30,861 bases of DNA from Patescibacteria group bacterium (GCA_040384765.1 JAZKIQ010000003.1:51461-82321), one strand, 5' to 3'; shown: positions 8,737 through 18,762, counted from the first letter of the stretch. Made by a program: numbers and translations. The notes: a model not told the origin generated them from the letters alone.

Positions 8737-9912
8737 ATGAAAGCGCTCACCTGGCGACTCAATAATATCTCCCTCTTTCTCAAAGCGGGAGCGACTGCCC
8801 TCGCAAGCCGCCGCCATCGGAAATTTTCGGGAATACCCCGAACGGTCATTATAGTTCAGGGGGCAAAAATGGGTGACATGGTATGCACCACTCCGGTATT
8901 TCGAGCCACAAAGGAAGCATACCCTTCATGTCGCGTGGTCGTTGTGGGAGACACAGTTAACGAAAAACTACTTGAAGGGCACCCTCATGTTGATCGCTAT
9001 ATTGTGTGGCAGGGCTCCTTTTCTGAAATGGCGACAATCCTTGAGAATGAACAAGCAGATGCGGGCATTCTCATTCTTCCTTCACTGCTTGGGCTCGCAC
9101 TCCTTCTCGAAGCCAAGGTTCCTTTTATCATAGCACCACGTGTTCTGGGTGGAAGTTCTCCCTACGAAACGCGCACCTACAAGCTGTTGACGGCGTTCGT
9201 CACCACGGCGCCTCACCACTTTGATGCATATGCGCCCCGTGAATATCTGCGCCTCCTCGAACCGCTCGCCATTTTCACCGAAAATACAAAAAAACATCTC
9301 ACCTACCCAAAAACATCACTCGAGAGTGTCCGGGAGAAACTCGCACAAAAAGGAATCGATTTTGATCGAGATCTCATAGCGGGGATCGGCCCTTCAGTAG
9401 GCGGAGATAGAGCAAAACGATGGGCCCCGGAAAAATTTGCCACGGTAGCGCACGGCCTCATTGAACGCGGAGCCAAGGTGGTGGTTATTGGGAGCGGCAG
9501 GGACAAAGAAGATATCGAGGAGATGATGAACACCCTCGTACACGAACCGCGCGCAGTGAACCTGCTTGATGCACTAACCCTCGCGGAGCTCAAAGCTTTC
9601 ATCTCAAAGCTGTCACTCTATATAAGTGCAGATACGGGCCCCATCTATATTGCCGAAGCGTTTGATACTCCCACGATCGATATTGTCGGACCCGTAAAAG
9701 AACAGGTACAGCCCCCTCGCGGAGCAAATCATCGCATCGTGATGGCCGCTCGCGCGAGCGGAGTGATGGGCGTACTCGACAACATGCCAAGTGACAGAAG
9801 AGAGCTCCGCCGCCAGAGTGAAGAGATCACACCAGGGATGGTGCTTCACGAAGTAGACGATCTTCTCTCAACGCTGCCGCTTACGACGTCGCTTTTTCCA
9901 TCTCTCGAATAA
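8737..9912 (+). CDS. Glycosyltransferase family 9 (heptosyltransferase-like)
   Basis: KMGDMVCTTPVFRATKEAYP, HPHVD, AKRWAPEKF, ISADTGPIYIAEAFDTPTIDIVGP. The real start is likely ATG 8737; the track start at 8389 overlaps the EEP gene. Confidence 0.9.
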   Translation: MKALTWRLNNISLFLKAGATALASRRHRKFSGIPRTVIIVQGAKMGDMVCTTPVFRATKEAYPSCRVVVVGDTVNEKLLEGHPHVDRYIVWQGSFSEMATILENEQADAGILILPSLLGLALLLEAKVPFIIAPRVLGGSSPYETRTYKLLTAFVTTAPHHFDAYAPREYLRLLEPLAIFTENTKKHLTYPKTSLESVREKLAQKGIDFDRDLIAGIGPSVGGDRAKRWAPEKFATVAHGLIERGAKVVVIGSGRDKEDIEEMMNTLVHEPRAVNLLDALTLAELKAFISKLSLYISADTGPIYIAEAFDTPTIDIVGPVKEQVQPPRGANHRIVMAARASGVMGVLDNMPSDRRELRRQSEEITPGMVLHEVDDLLSTLPLTTSLFPSLE

Positions 9913-11293
9913 CTATCTGGAGTGTTCGCTCGCTCGCTTTTCCATCGAGAAGGTAGCACGCTTCCTTGCGCATGCGCTCTCGTTTATCCGCATCGAGTGA
10001 AGGGTTGTTGAAATAGTCTGTAAGGGCAGTGCGCAACTCGGGAAAAGAGTACGCTTCCTTTATAGCACCCGTGTCGAGGACCTCTCTGAAATGCTCAAAG
10101 TCGGCAAAGCGCCGGATCGAACGGCGAAGCGGTCTTTTCGCATAACCATCAAAGGGAGCAGCCACGAGCGGGCGATCGAAAAGCGCTGCTTCAAGAAACA
10201 CGGTGCTGTACACGCACATCACTACCTCTGCATAGCGAATGAGATTGAGAAAAATATTGCCGTCAAGAAGCGTATCCCAGCTTTTTGTATCGTAGTAAAA
10301 CACATATGGATCATCGGCGAGCCGTGCAAACTTTGCCTCATCAAAAGCCCGATCTTTACTACGGCTTCCCAGATACGGCCTCACCACCAGTTTTACATCA
10401 GGACCAAATGCCCCCTCTTTTACCCAACCAAGAATCTCCTCGATAATGTCAGGCTCATCCGGGCAGTAGGCGCTTCCTGATACGTACAAAATATATTTGC
10501 CGCTTGAAAGCGCAGGGAGGTGCTTTGCAAGCTCCTCGCGAGGCATATAGGCATCCTTTGAAATAAAATAATCAAAATGCTGGTAGCCCGTCACCTCTAC
10601 CGCCTCCGGATCGTACCCCTGAAACCGAATCGCATGATCACGCACCTGTGGTGAAGGGACCAAAAGAAGATCGGACTGAAAGGGAAGGTTGTACTTATCA
10701 ATATGATCCCAGCCAGATGGCATAGCAACCGAGCGGACGCCTTGGAGCCTTGCCTCACGAATTAAATACGCATCAAACAGTCCGTACACATGGGTGCCGA
10801 ACACGACCTTCGGACTATATTTTTTGAAAAGATCAGCAAAAGGACGCTCTGGATTTATGCGAGCGTGGAGATACGGAACCAATTTTTTGCGGATCATGGG
10901 AACTGTCTTTCCCAGAAAGGCGAGCGCCATGCGCACCGGCGCAAGAAGCCTATTCCCTACTGCTGGAGGATCGTCTTGCCGCATCCCCATTGTAGTAAGG
11001 ATATTTGTAGTGTTGGTATACAGGAGATATGCATACAAAAAGCGAAAAAGCCGCTGCAGCACTGTGCGCGGATTGGGAACATCTGCGATCTCCAGAACAA
11101 ACTGATCTTTCGAAAGTCCCCCGAACAGATACTCGTACTTTGGGATATCACGCTTGCGCATAAGGACGACAAACCGAACCTCGGGGTGCGTGCGCCCATA
11201 CGCCTTGCACTGATCCCAAAAACCTCCAGGGAAAAGAAAGAGGTTGCGCAGAACCGTATGTGCAGAAAAGCTTATAAAGATCGTTTTTTTCAT
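9881..11293 (-). CDS. GT-B protein, CDP-glycerol glycerophosphotransferase-like / candidate ulosonate transferase
   Basis: MPSGWDHIDKY, SDLLLVPS, VTGYQHFD, LVVRP, YSTVFLEAALFDRP, DGKASER. The C-terminal half is typical of TagF/sialyltransferase-like GT-B folds. Confidence 0.7.
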   Translation of the reverse strand: MKKTIFISFSAHTVLRNLFLFPGGFWDQCKAYGRTHPEVRFVVLMRKRDIPKYEYLFGGLSKDQFVLEIADVPNPRTVLQRLFRFLYAYLLYTNTTNILTTMGMRQDDPPAVGNRLLAPVRMALAFLGKTVPMIRKKLVPYLHARINPERPFADLFKKYSPKVVFGTHVYGLFDAYLIREARLQGVRSVAMPSGWDHIDKYNLPFQSDLLLVPSPQVRDHAIRFQGYDPEAVEVTGYQHFDYFISKDAYMPREELAKHLPALSSGKYILYVSGSAYCPDEPDIIEEILGWVKEGAFGPDVKLVVRPYLGSRSKDRAFDEAKFARLADDPYVFYYDTKSWDTLLDGNIFLNLIRYAEVVMCVYSTVFLEAALFDRPLVAAPFDGYAKRPLRRSIRRFADFEHFREVLDTGAIKEAYSFPELRTALTDYFNNPSLDADKRERMRKEACYLLDGKASERTLQIVIREMEKATS

Positions 11294-11301
11294 GAGGGAA
11301 G

Positions 11302-12495
11302 CTATTTATACAAGAGAAAGATCTTCTCAGCGAATTCAATCAAAAGAGAGTCCTCTGAACCAGACTGCTCGGTCAAGGGCGATGCCATGAGCGACTGCGT
11401 ACCAGAAGAGCGCCATTTCCAGGGAAACCGCCCCCCGGGAACACGGCGCCGAAGCCGTTCGAGAACTCTCGCAAGAAAAAGATCTACCGTTCGAGATGCA
11501 AAGATGGGATCTTGTCCTCCGCCATCGACTTTTTTGTACCACCAGAGCCGAAAAGGACCCTTCCGCTGCTTTCCGGAAAGACCCAACGCTCGAAGAAATT
11601 TATTCTGCATAGGCAAAAAGGCAAACTCTTTCTGTCCGAGCGGGACACGACCGTCTGCCTTTTTGGCGATAACTGTCAGCATGCGCGGGTCGGATAGATC
11701 ACGCGAAACGATCGTATACCCATGTCGTGCAAACAGAAGCGAAAGTGAATCAATGCTGAACGAATGAAGGTGTGGAAAGAAAAGTAACTGCAGAAGCGAA
11801 ACCTCATGCCACACGTCCGGCACAGAAAGCGCAAAGAGATCACCCGGCTTTTGGATTTTTGATGCAGCGTCAATGAGCGAGCCGGGATTTTGAATATGCT
11901 CAAGTACATGGTTCGAAAGAAGTGCGATGCTTTTGTCACCCGCATCGGTTCGTATCTTTTGCAAAAAATGTTCAAAGCCACCTCCATACACAGGAACATC
12001 CGCATAGGTGGCGGCATGGCTCGCGCGGTGAGGGGAGGCTTCTATTCCAGCGAGAGAACGATACCCTGCATCCTTAAGCAGTCGAAGGGATTCGCCATAC
12101 CCGCATCCCACATCGCATACAAACGTATCCTTTGGCACCTCAGAATCAAGAAAAATACGAAGAGCCGGATTAGGTTCTATCTCCCCTTTCCCAAGAAGAC
12201 CCCGATGGCCGGTGCGGGCGACATCCCACGTACCGCTCGCATAGAAACGGTCAACCCACGCCTGGGCAGGCCGATCGATATAGCCGACATAGTTGCAGGC
12301 GGAACACCAGCCAATCCGAATCGTGCATCCATCGGCTCTCCCACGAAGGGTGGCGAGCACCCGTAGACGCGCACCATCAGCAGGACAAACTGCCTGTATC
12401 TCATACGGCACATCACGATCCATCACCACGGTGCGAAAACCCGCGAGATTGAGAGGCTTATCGATAACAAAACCACGAGAGAGAGTCTTAGACAT
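11302..12495 (-). CDS. Class I SAM-dependent methyltransferase with an N-terminal Cys-containing (zinc-ribbon-like) segment
   Basis: CPADG...WCSAC, CDVGCGYG, GIEAS, NHVLEHIQNP, LSVPD, HLHSFS. Likely start ATG 12495; the track uses TTG 12510. Confidence 0.85.
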   Translation of the reverse strand: MSKTLSRGFVIDKPLNLAGFRTVVMDRDVPYEIQAVCPADGARLRVLATLRGRADGCTIRIGWCSACNYVGYIDRPAQAWVDRFYASGTWDVARTGHRGLLGKGEIEPNPALRIFLDSEVPKDTFVCDVGCGYGESLRLLKDAGYRSLAGIEASPHRASHAATYADVPVYGGGFEHFLQKIRTDAGDKSIALLSNHVLEHIQNPGSLIDAASKIQKPGDLFALSVPDVWHEVSLLQLLFFPHLHSFSIDSLSLLFARHGYTIVSRDLSDPRMLTVIAKKADGRVPLGQKEFAFLPMQNKFLRALGLSGKQRKGPFRLWWYKKVDGGGQDPIFASRTVDLFLARVLERLRRRVPGGRFPWKWRSSGTQSLMASPLTEQSGSEDSLLIEFAEKIFLLYK

Positions 12496-13465
12496 GGAAT
12501 GAACGGCCAAATTTATGGAACATCTTTTCGAGAAAGAGCGGGCGGGGTGCGCTCAGGGCATACGCAACTGCCGGATCCAAGGCTAGTTCTGCCACGGCAG
12601 GAGGAATCCCGTTCGGCATCGTATACAAAATCGGCCATGGACAGCTTGGAGAATAGAAGCCTGCGGTAAACATGACACGCTCCTTCGTCGTGGCATATCC
12701 TCCCCGATGTAAACCGCTAGTATCGGCAAACACCACCGTGCCTGCTGTCCCTATACACGAAACAATATCTGAGGAAGAGACGGTCTCCTTGATAAGTTCC
12801 GCGGATGGATAGCTTCCCCGTGGAGGCCTTTGCGGGGCAATCGCTCGATAGCGACCATCGAGCTGTGATCCCTTGATATAGGTAAACGGCCCAGCAGGCA
12901 TGTCCACGTCGGAGAGATATATGAAAATCTTGACAATGCGAGTATCTTCCGGATCGCGATGCCACTGCTGAGATGCAACAGGAGGAACACCATCTCCCAC
13001 AGGTTTTGTAACGCCCAAGGCAAAGTAGTAAAAGCGAGAAGCCAAACCCATATATGCATTTACGATCCTCACGATATTTGGCCGCAAAATTACAGGCAAA
13101 AAAATATTCTGGTCAGAAAGGGGCGAAACTTCCTCGAAAAGCTGCTGGCTGTATGCCTTTGTTTTCGAAAACGCACCGTGCGATCGCAGCGATTCGCTGT
13201 AGCGAGCCAGGTCGGCAGTGAGGTGTGGTTCACCTGGAAAGAGCTCCTCCATCGTACTAATGGCAATTCCATCTCTCCGCAGGTCTGCCGCAATACGCTG
13301 CTCGCTCGTCCTAAGTGGCGAACTCCACGAACGAAAAAGTTTTACTGCCTGGCGATTTGCGATGCCATACCATATGCGCTTCCCTGATCTGAGTACAAAA
13401 AGAGCTCTCAAAAAGAGATATGGTACGAAGCTGAGATATTTTTTGAGAGTGGGGGTCACAGACAT
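12488..13465 (-). CDS. Fe(II)/2-oxoglutarate dioxygenase, phytanoyl-CoA dioxygenase (PhyH)-like
   Basis: HxD...H facial triad in QWHRDPED...GLHRGG; KIFIYLSDVD, GPFTYIKGS, AGTVVFADT and a distal Arg (ERVM). Confidence 0.8.
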   Translation of the reverse strand: MSVTPTLKKYLSFVPYLFLRALFVLRSGKRIWYGIANRQAVKLFRSWSSPLRTSEQRIAADLRRDGIAISTMEELFPGEPHLTADLARYSESLRSHGAFSKTKAYSQQLFEEVSPLSDQNIFLPVILRPNIVRIVNAYMGLASRFYYFALGVTKPVGDGVPPVASQQWHRDPEDTRIVKIFIYLSDVDMPAGPFTYIKGSQLDGRYRAIAPQRPPRGSYPSAELIKETVSSSDIVSCIGTAGTVVFADTSGLHRGGYATTKERVMFTAGFYSPSCPWPILYTMPNGIPPAVAELALDPAVAYALSAPRPLFLEKMFHKFGRSFHV

Positions 13466-13475
13466 ATCGAGGAAA

Positions 13476-14309
13476 CTATCGCGTACGATCTTCCTTAGGA
13501 AAAGCCGTCAAAAAACCGGTATTAAAAACATACTTCTGAATCAGGGCCGGTTCGTACGAAAAAATAGTCCACCCAGCCTTTTCAATTTCCGTATATGATG
13601 CGCAAAAATAGTCGATGTTGCGCAGATGCATCATCTTGATCGGCTCACCCTTTTGAGCTTCAGCAAACGGCTCCGAGAACATCCCCACCTTTTTTGCAAC
13701 TCGCGAAGCTTCCTCAAAGACCTGTAAATAGTCGCGGGGAATCTGCTCGATCACTGAGTTTGAAAATACAGCATCGTAGCTTTTGTCCGAAAAAGGAAGC
13801 GCGCGAATGCTACCTTCTCGGTAGTCAATAAGGCGGCCAGCCAAGCGCTCGCCGACCTCGCGTTCGGAGAAGCCGGTCATCTGGGCAAGAATCGAGAGAG
13901 ATGGATTCTTCCGGTTTCTTTGTGCTGTTTCTACACCTGAGCGAGTCAGCTCGATTCCCTGGAACTCTTTGACGTCAGGCAACAAAACGGCAAGCGCCAT
14001 CAAGTTGTACCCCCTCCCACTTCCAAGCTCGAGAATCGATGAGGGAGAGAAAGGGCGCAGTCGGTCTGCAAACGACTCCATAAGAAAGCGCTTATGCAGC
14101 ACGACGGGATACAGCGCCTTCTTTCCGTTTATGAACGTATCCTGAAGGTTATGCATGAAGAAATCGTTGGTCTCGCGATCATAGTTTTCTCCATACACCT
14201 CACGCACTCCTGCTTCCGAACGTACATAACGGGTATTTGGAAAAAGCCTGCGTTTGAGCGCAGTCTTCACAACATGCATGCGAAAGCGGTTATCCAGACG
14301 TCCTTTCAT
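13476..14309 (-). CDS. Class I SAM-dependent methyltransferase
   Basis: SILELGSGRGYN, GIEL, LPFSDKSYDAVFS, IEQI, FSEPF. Confidence 0.85.
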   Translation of the reverse strand: MKGRLDNRFRMHVVKTALKRRLFPNTRYVRSEAGVREVYGENYDRETNDFFMHNLQDTFINGKKALYPVVLHKRFLMESFADRLRPFSPSSILELGSGRGYNLMALAVLLPDVKEFQGIELTRSGVETAQRNRKNPSLSILAQMTGFSEREVGERLAGRLIDYREGSIRALPFSDKSYDAVFSNSVIEQIPRDYLQVFEEASRVAKKVGMFSEPFAEAQKGEPIKMMHLRNIDYFCASYTEIEKAGWTIFSYEPALIQKYVFNTGFLTAFPKEDRTR

Positions 14310-14354
14310 GAATTAGATGAACCTTACTATACCAGAGGCACTGTTTCCAGATAC

Positions 14355-15038
14355 TCATTTTGTGGCGACTACATAGTAGCCACTCGCCATAATTGGATAG
14401 TCAGACTGCTTTGAACGTCGGACATCGCCATACTCCTTGGTGATCACCGGAGAGATCATGAGAAATAGCTTCGAAAGCAGTATCCAGATAATCGAAAGGG
14501 GCTTCAGCCAAAGCGTATCGGTCTCAAGGGCCACTCGTTCAAAAAGAACTGCAAACGTCTCGAGCGTATTTGACTCCTCCACAATCGACACCTCTCCAAA
14601 CGAGCGAAGAAGGTGCTCGAGCCCGTAGCGGGTAAAACGAAAATAGTCGTGCGGCGCATCGTGAAGCGGAAACAGAAAGCGGGTGGTTAAAATAAGCGTA
14701 CCTCCCGGTGCAAGAACTCGATAGATCTCGGAGATGGCCCGTGCCGGATCGTGCATATGTTCGAGCGCCTCAGTCGATAGCACACACGAAAATTCACCAT
14801 CGGAAAATACCGACAGATCGTGCGCATCAACCACATAGTCGACACCTGGACCTGGAGCGATATCGGCTCCAACTCTGTTCGGGAAAAAGCGAGTGTACGG
14901 TCCGGAGCCACCCCCAAGGTCGAGGGTACGCTCGGCAGTTGCCTGACGCTCGAGAAAACGCGCGATGCGCGTGCGCGGTATTTTTGAAAAGAGGCCGAGA
15001 CGATCGGCCACCTTGAGTGCGGTTTTTTTGAGAGACAT
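14355..15038 (-). CDS. Class I SAM-dependent methyltransferase (Methyltransf_11)
   Basis: TLDLGGGSG, DAHDL, TEALEHMHDP, RVLAPGG, PLHDAPHDYFRFT. Confidence 0.9.
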   Translation of the reverse strand: MSLKKTALKVADRLGLFSKIPRTRIARFLERQATAERTLDLGGGSGPYTRFFPNRVGADIAPGPGVDYVVDAHDLSVFSDGEFSCVLSTEALEHMHDPARAISEIYRVLAPGGTLILTTRFLFPLHDAPHDYFRFTRYGLEHLLRSFGEVSIVEESNTLETFAVLFERVALETDTLWLKPLSIIWILLSKLFLMISPVITKEYGDVRRSKQSDYPIMASGYYVVATK

Positions 15039-15093
15039 ACCTGGGTAACATCAAGCTTTGCATAAAAAGCGCACATGGTAAACTCCGGGAATC

Positions 15094-16164
15094 ATGGAAC
15101 GAAAACCTCGCGTCTTATATCTCTATGCAGGATCTCGCAAGCATTTTTACGAAGAGTGGAAAAAGGGACTTGTAGCGGATACGCAGCTCTTGGGCCAGAA
15201 CCATATGAGCGATCTTGGTATTGATGCTGAGTTTAAAGAGTTTCAAATCTCGGAGCTCCTTCGAAAAATAAACTTCAACCTGGTCCATCTTCCCTACCTC
15301 TCAATACTCCGCCGCTACGACGTTGTATTTATATGCGCAGGCCTACCGCTCGTGTTCGCTGCAAAAAAGATTTTTGGCTGGAAGAAGCCGCGTTTTGTTA
15401 TCTACAACACGTCGCTCACGAATGCCCTCTTGCGCAACAAAAGAGGATTCGCCCGCCACATCCTCGTGCGAGCGATCTCCGCACTCGACTCGATCGTCTG
15501 TACCGCCACAGAGCAAGCAGACTTTCTAAAAAAAGAGGGTTTTGACCCCGAGAAGATCGTCGTCCGCCCAATAGGGATCGACCCCGCACCGTTCCTCGCA
15601 CACGACGATACTTATCCTGATATAGATACTCCTTTTATCGTAAGCGTCGGCAGAGATCTGGGAAGGGACTACGCCACGCTCTTTGAAGCTGTCCGGGAGT
15701 TGCCGATAAAAGTGGTCGTGGCGACAAAACCTGAGGCGGTTCTTGGCCTCACACCTCCACCAAACGTAGAGATCCGTTTCAACGTACCGTACAGCGAAAT
15801 GCCGAAGCTCTACAGAAAAGCGCTCTTTGCCGTAACCCCGCTTCGTGACGCCACAAACCCAAACGGCTCCGACACCTCAGGCCAGTATGGCTTTCTCGAA
15901 CCGATGGCGGCCGGACGTGCAGTAATCGTATCTGATCGCAGCACAGTGCATGACTACCTCGAGCATGAAAAAAGTGCGCTCCTCGTACCGCCTGGCAACC
16001 CAACAGCTCTTCGAGGTGCAATCGAGGAGCTCATCCGTGACAGTGCAAAGCGTGATCGGCTCGCCCTCGCAGGAAGAGAGGCTGTGCGGGAGCGCTACAC
16101 AAGCACGCAATTTGCCCGAGAGCTCGCTCGTATCTTTCAGCGACTTGCCGACACACGCGTATAG
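15094..16164 (+). CDS. Glycosyltransferase family 4
   Basis: SVGRDLGRDY, SGQYGFLEPMAAGRAVIVS, ALLVPPGNP. Confidence 0.9.
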   Translation: MERKPRVLYLYAGSRKHFYEEWKKGLVADTQLLGQNHMSDLGIDAEFKEFQISELLRKINFNLVHLPYLSILRRYDVVFICAGLPLVFAAKKIFGWKKPRFVIYNTSLTNALLRNKRGFARHILVRAISALDSIVCTATEQADFLKKEGFDPEKIVVRPIGIDPAPFLAHDDTYPDIDTPFIVSVGRDLGRDYATLFEAVRELPIKVVVATKPEAVLGLTPPPNVEIRFNVPYSEMPKLYRKALFAVTPLRDATNPNGSDTSGQYGFLEPMAAGRAVIVSDRSTVHDYLEHEKSALLVPPGNPTALRGAIEELIRDSAKRDRLALAGREAVRERYTSTQFARELARIFQRLADTRV

Positions 16165-17288
16165 GCCAGCACTTTCTCTGCACGCTTTTTCCACGAGTAC
16201 CCTTGCGCCCGCGTGTTCGCCTCAGCACTTTTGATCGCTCGAGCGCTTCCACCGAGCTTAAAAATACCGTCAGCGACCCTTGCCATGTCCGCCGCATCAT
16301 CAGGCTGATAAAACCAGACTTCGCTCTCATCCGCCACCTCACGAATAGCAGGCGTATCTGCGGCCAAGATAGGAACTCCCGCACTCATATATTCAAACAG
16401 CTTCATGGGTGAGGTGTGGTAGTACGAATATTCGTTATCTTTCGTACCAAGCACAATAAGCATATCCGCAGCCTGGAGCCAAAGCGGCATCTCGGCATAC
16501 GGACGCTTGCCGATACAGATAAGGTTGTTAGGTATAGCGAGCTCCGGGAGAAAGCTCGCAAGCTCTTCTTTTGTGCCCCCTACCAGATACAGATCGAGAG
16601 CTGGCGAGCGCTCGGCAAACTCGATCAGCTGTCGAAGACCTTTCCATGCGTACAGCTGGCCAGCATAGAGAGCTATTTTTGCTTCAAGCGGGATTGCGAG
16701 ACGCTCTCGCGCGATCTCTCGCGTAACAGGATTCCCGAAACGCGAGAAGTCGATTCCGTTTGGACATACAAGGATCTTTTCTGCAGGGAGCGAGAATCGC
16801 ACTGCAAGCTTGTCCCGAATGATTGAGTTGATCGTTACGATCCCCAAAGCGCCCCGCAGCACGATCGAATAGAGCACCCCGTGCGGCTTAGCGTCGTGGA
16901 GCTCCATCATATAGGGGTACGGCGAGAGTGGCATACCAATAGAACTAAACTGATCCATATCGATCGAGTATCCAAGCGCGCGCTCGCCCCGCAAAAAGCG
17001 AGACCACAGAAAAGCTAGATACGAAAAAACAAACGAGAGCGACCCAATCCAAAAACCGATCTTTCCCGCACCATAGGCTCGAGACAAAACAGGAAGGTAG
17101 ACTACCGAGATATCGCGAGAGAGACCATAAAAAACCTGAGGGCTTACAGAAACAAACGCCCGCTTTGGTACCACAAGCGTAAGGTCAACGCCTTCAAGAA
17201 GGAGCGCTTCACACATCTTTGCAATCTGAATCGCATGTGCACGCTCCGAGGGCATCCTCGCATTCGCAATGTAGTACACCTTTTTCAT
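16137..17288 (-). CDS. Glycosyltransferase family 4
   Basis: AHAIQIAKMCEA, PNGID, YAGQLYAWKG, TSPMKLFEYMSAGVPILAAD, YSW..RA. Confidence 0.92.
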   Translation of the reverse strand: MKKVYYIANARMPSERAHAIQIAKMCEALLLEGVDLTLVVPKRAFVSVSPQVFYGLSRDISVVYLPVLSRAYGAGKIGFWIGSLSFVFSYLAFLWSRFLRGERALGYSIDMDQFSSIGMPLSPYPYMMELHDAKPHGVLYSIVLRGALGIVTINSIIRDKLAVRFSLPAEKILVCPNGIDFSRFGNPVTREIARERLAIPLEAKIALYAGQLYAWKGLRQLIEFAERSPALDLYLVGGTKEELASFLPELAIPNNLICIGKRPYAEMPLWLQAADMLIVLGTKDNEYSYYHTSPMKLFEYMSAGVPILAADTPAIREVADESEVWFYQPDDAADMARVADGIFKLGGSARAIKSAEANTRAQGYSWKKRAEKVLAYTRVSASR

Positions 17289-17292
17289 AGTT

Positions 17293-18666
17293 CTATGCCT
17301 TGATTACTACATAGCTTACATGCGAAAAGGGAGTGCCCGGCTGCATCGGGATCACACGAACTGCCCCACCAAGCCGCTTCAAGATTGGCTCGAGCTCAGG
17401 GCGAAAACGGTAGTAGATAGTATCGCCTGGATACAACATCGCATCTGCGATGCGGGTCAAAAAAAACTTAAACCAAGGACGCGGCTCTATTTCGCACACA
17501 AGCAGCGTGCCACCTTTGCGAAGTTTTGAGTAGCAGGCAGCAAGAAGAGTCTCTTGGTCGGCATATGAGTTGAGATGGTGGAGCACATGGATAAGCATCA
17601 CACAGTCTGCCGGCGGCACATCGATCTTTGTGATATCGGCTTGGCGAAAGCTCACATTCGATACCAACGCTTTTGCATGCTTTGCCTTATAGGCATCAAG
17701 CTCAAGCCCAAGAACTTTTCGTGCAGGAGAGATGAGTCCGAGGAGATTGGAAAAGATGCCGTATCCCGATCCGAGGTCGATAATAAACCCTTCCCGAGGA
17801 ACTACAGAAGCAAGTGCAGGATAGGGCGCAGTAAAGTAGAGGCGTATGCGCGTGAAAATGCCGGGCCAGCCTTGCGGCGCCGAGCGCACGATCGCACGCC
17901 TTGCGTCGCGGTACGCAATATTCATATACGGGCCGTACATACCTAAAAAGTCGCGCACGAGCATCTGCCCCAACCCCTTAAGCGTGCGCAGCGAATCGCG
18001 CACGATACGCACCTTTGAATCACGGTTATCTTCCCACTCAACGGGAAGCTCTTTCATGCCGTACCCAAGCACTCGTGCCGCATGTACCACCTCGCCCGCA
18101 GCGAGAAAGCGCTCGTCATAGACGCGCGAGAATATCTCTTTGCCCGGCCGATGCCGCATCATCTTGAATCCGCACATCACATCGCGGTAATGAATATCAA
18201 AAAGGTAGCCAAAGAGTGCATGGAATCCTTTGCCAGCAAATACGCGCGCCCATGGCTGGTCAAGAACAAACGTAGAACCGCGAAGGCCCCGAGAACCGAT
18301 CAGGATATCAAGCCGAGGATTGCTTCGAAGCTCTTCGAGAAAGCGCGGTACATGAGACGGACTCACGGGGAGGTCAGCATCTGTTTCAAGTATAAAATCA
18401 CCTTTGGCGGCAAGCACCCCTTCACGCATGCCAAAACCTCTGCCACGGTTAACCACGCTTCGAATACCCCGGATTTTCGGGTTAGCTGCTTCCAAAGCCT
18501 CCACAACGGCCCAGGTGCCGTCCGTGCTCCCATCGTCAACAACCACTATTTCATAGGACGGGAGGTGCGCCTCCAGGTAGTCAATATAGTGCGGCAGGCG
18601 AAGCGGCAGGCGTTTTTCCTCATTAAATACAGGAATAACAATCGAAAGAGTGGCCGGTGTTTCCAT
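17293..18666 (-). CDS. Fusion protein: GT2 polyprenyl-phosphate glycosyltransferase (Dol-P-Glc/Man synthase-like) plus a class I SAM methyltransferase
   Basis: SIVIPVFNEE, VDDGSTDGT, NRGRG, TDADL, IGSR, DVMCGFK, ELPVEW; followed by IDLGSGYG, ADIT, IHVLHH, LRKGG. Start at ATG 18666. Confidence 0.85.
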   Translation of the reverse strand: METPATLSIVIPVFNEEKRLPLRLPHYIDYLEAHLPSYEIVVVDDGSTDGTWAVVEALEAANPKIRGIRSVVNRGRGFGMREGVLAAKGDFILETDADLPVSPSHVPRFLEELRSNPRLDILIGSRGLRGSTFVLDQPWARVFAGKGFHALFGYLFDIHYRDVMCGFKMMRHRPGKEIFSRVYDERFLAAGEVVHAARVLGYGMKELPVEWEDNRDSKVRIVRDSLRTLKGLGQMLVRDFLGMYGPYMNIAYRDARRAIVRSAPQGWPGIFTRIRLYFTAPYPALASVVPREGFIIDLGSGYGIFSNLLGLISPARKVLGLELDAYKAKHAKALVSNVSFRQADITKIDVPPADCVMLIHVLHHLNSYADQETLLAACYSKLRKGGTLLVCEIEPRPWFKFFLTRIADAMLYPGDTIYYRFRPELEPILKRLGGAVRVIPMQPGTPFSHVSYVVIKA

Positions 18667-18720
18667 ATACAGTATCGGAAATGATAGCACACTTTTCTGG
18701 CTTCAAAATGGGCCTTTTCG

Positions 18721-18749
18721 TTGCCTTGGGAAGGTGATCCATGTAGAGT
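18721..18749 (+). promoter_or_regulatory. Sigma70-type promoter for the FkbM + membrane protein pair
   Basis: TTGCCT, 17 nt spacer, TAGAGT, lying 13 nt upstream of ATG 18763 in the divergent intergenic gap. Confidence 0.45.
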
Positions 18750-18762
18750 AGAGGCACCAACA

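Noticed and set aside
10790-11767. 325-aa plus-strand ORF
   Set aside because: It is antisense to two well-supported minus-strand genes and has no recognisable motif, so it is a shadow ORF.
1845-15038. Restriction-modification/defence island or antibiotic cluster suggested by the many methyltransferases plus an EEP nuclease-fold gene
   Set aside because: No DNA-methyltransferase catalytic motifs (DPPY/NPPY/PCQ) and no PKS/NRPS were seen. The methyltransferases are small-molecule/sugar types interleaved with glycosyltransferases.
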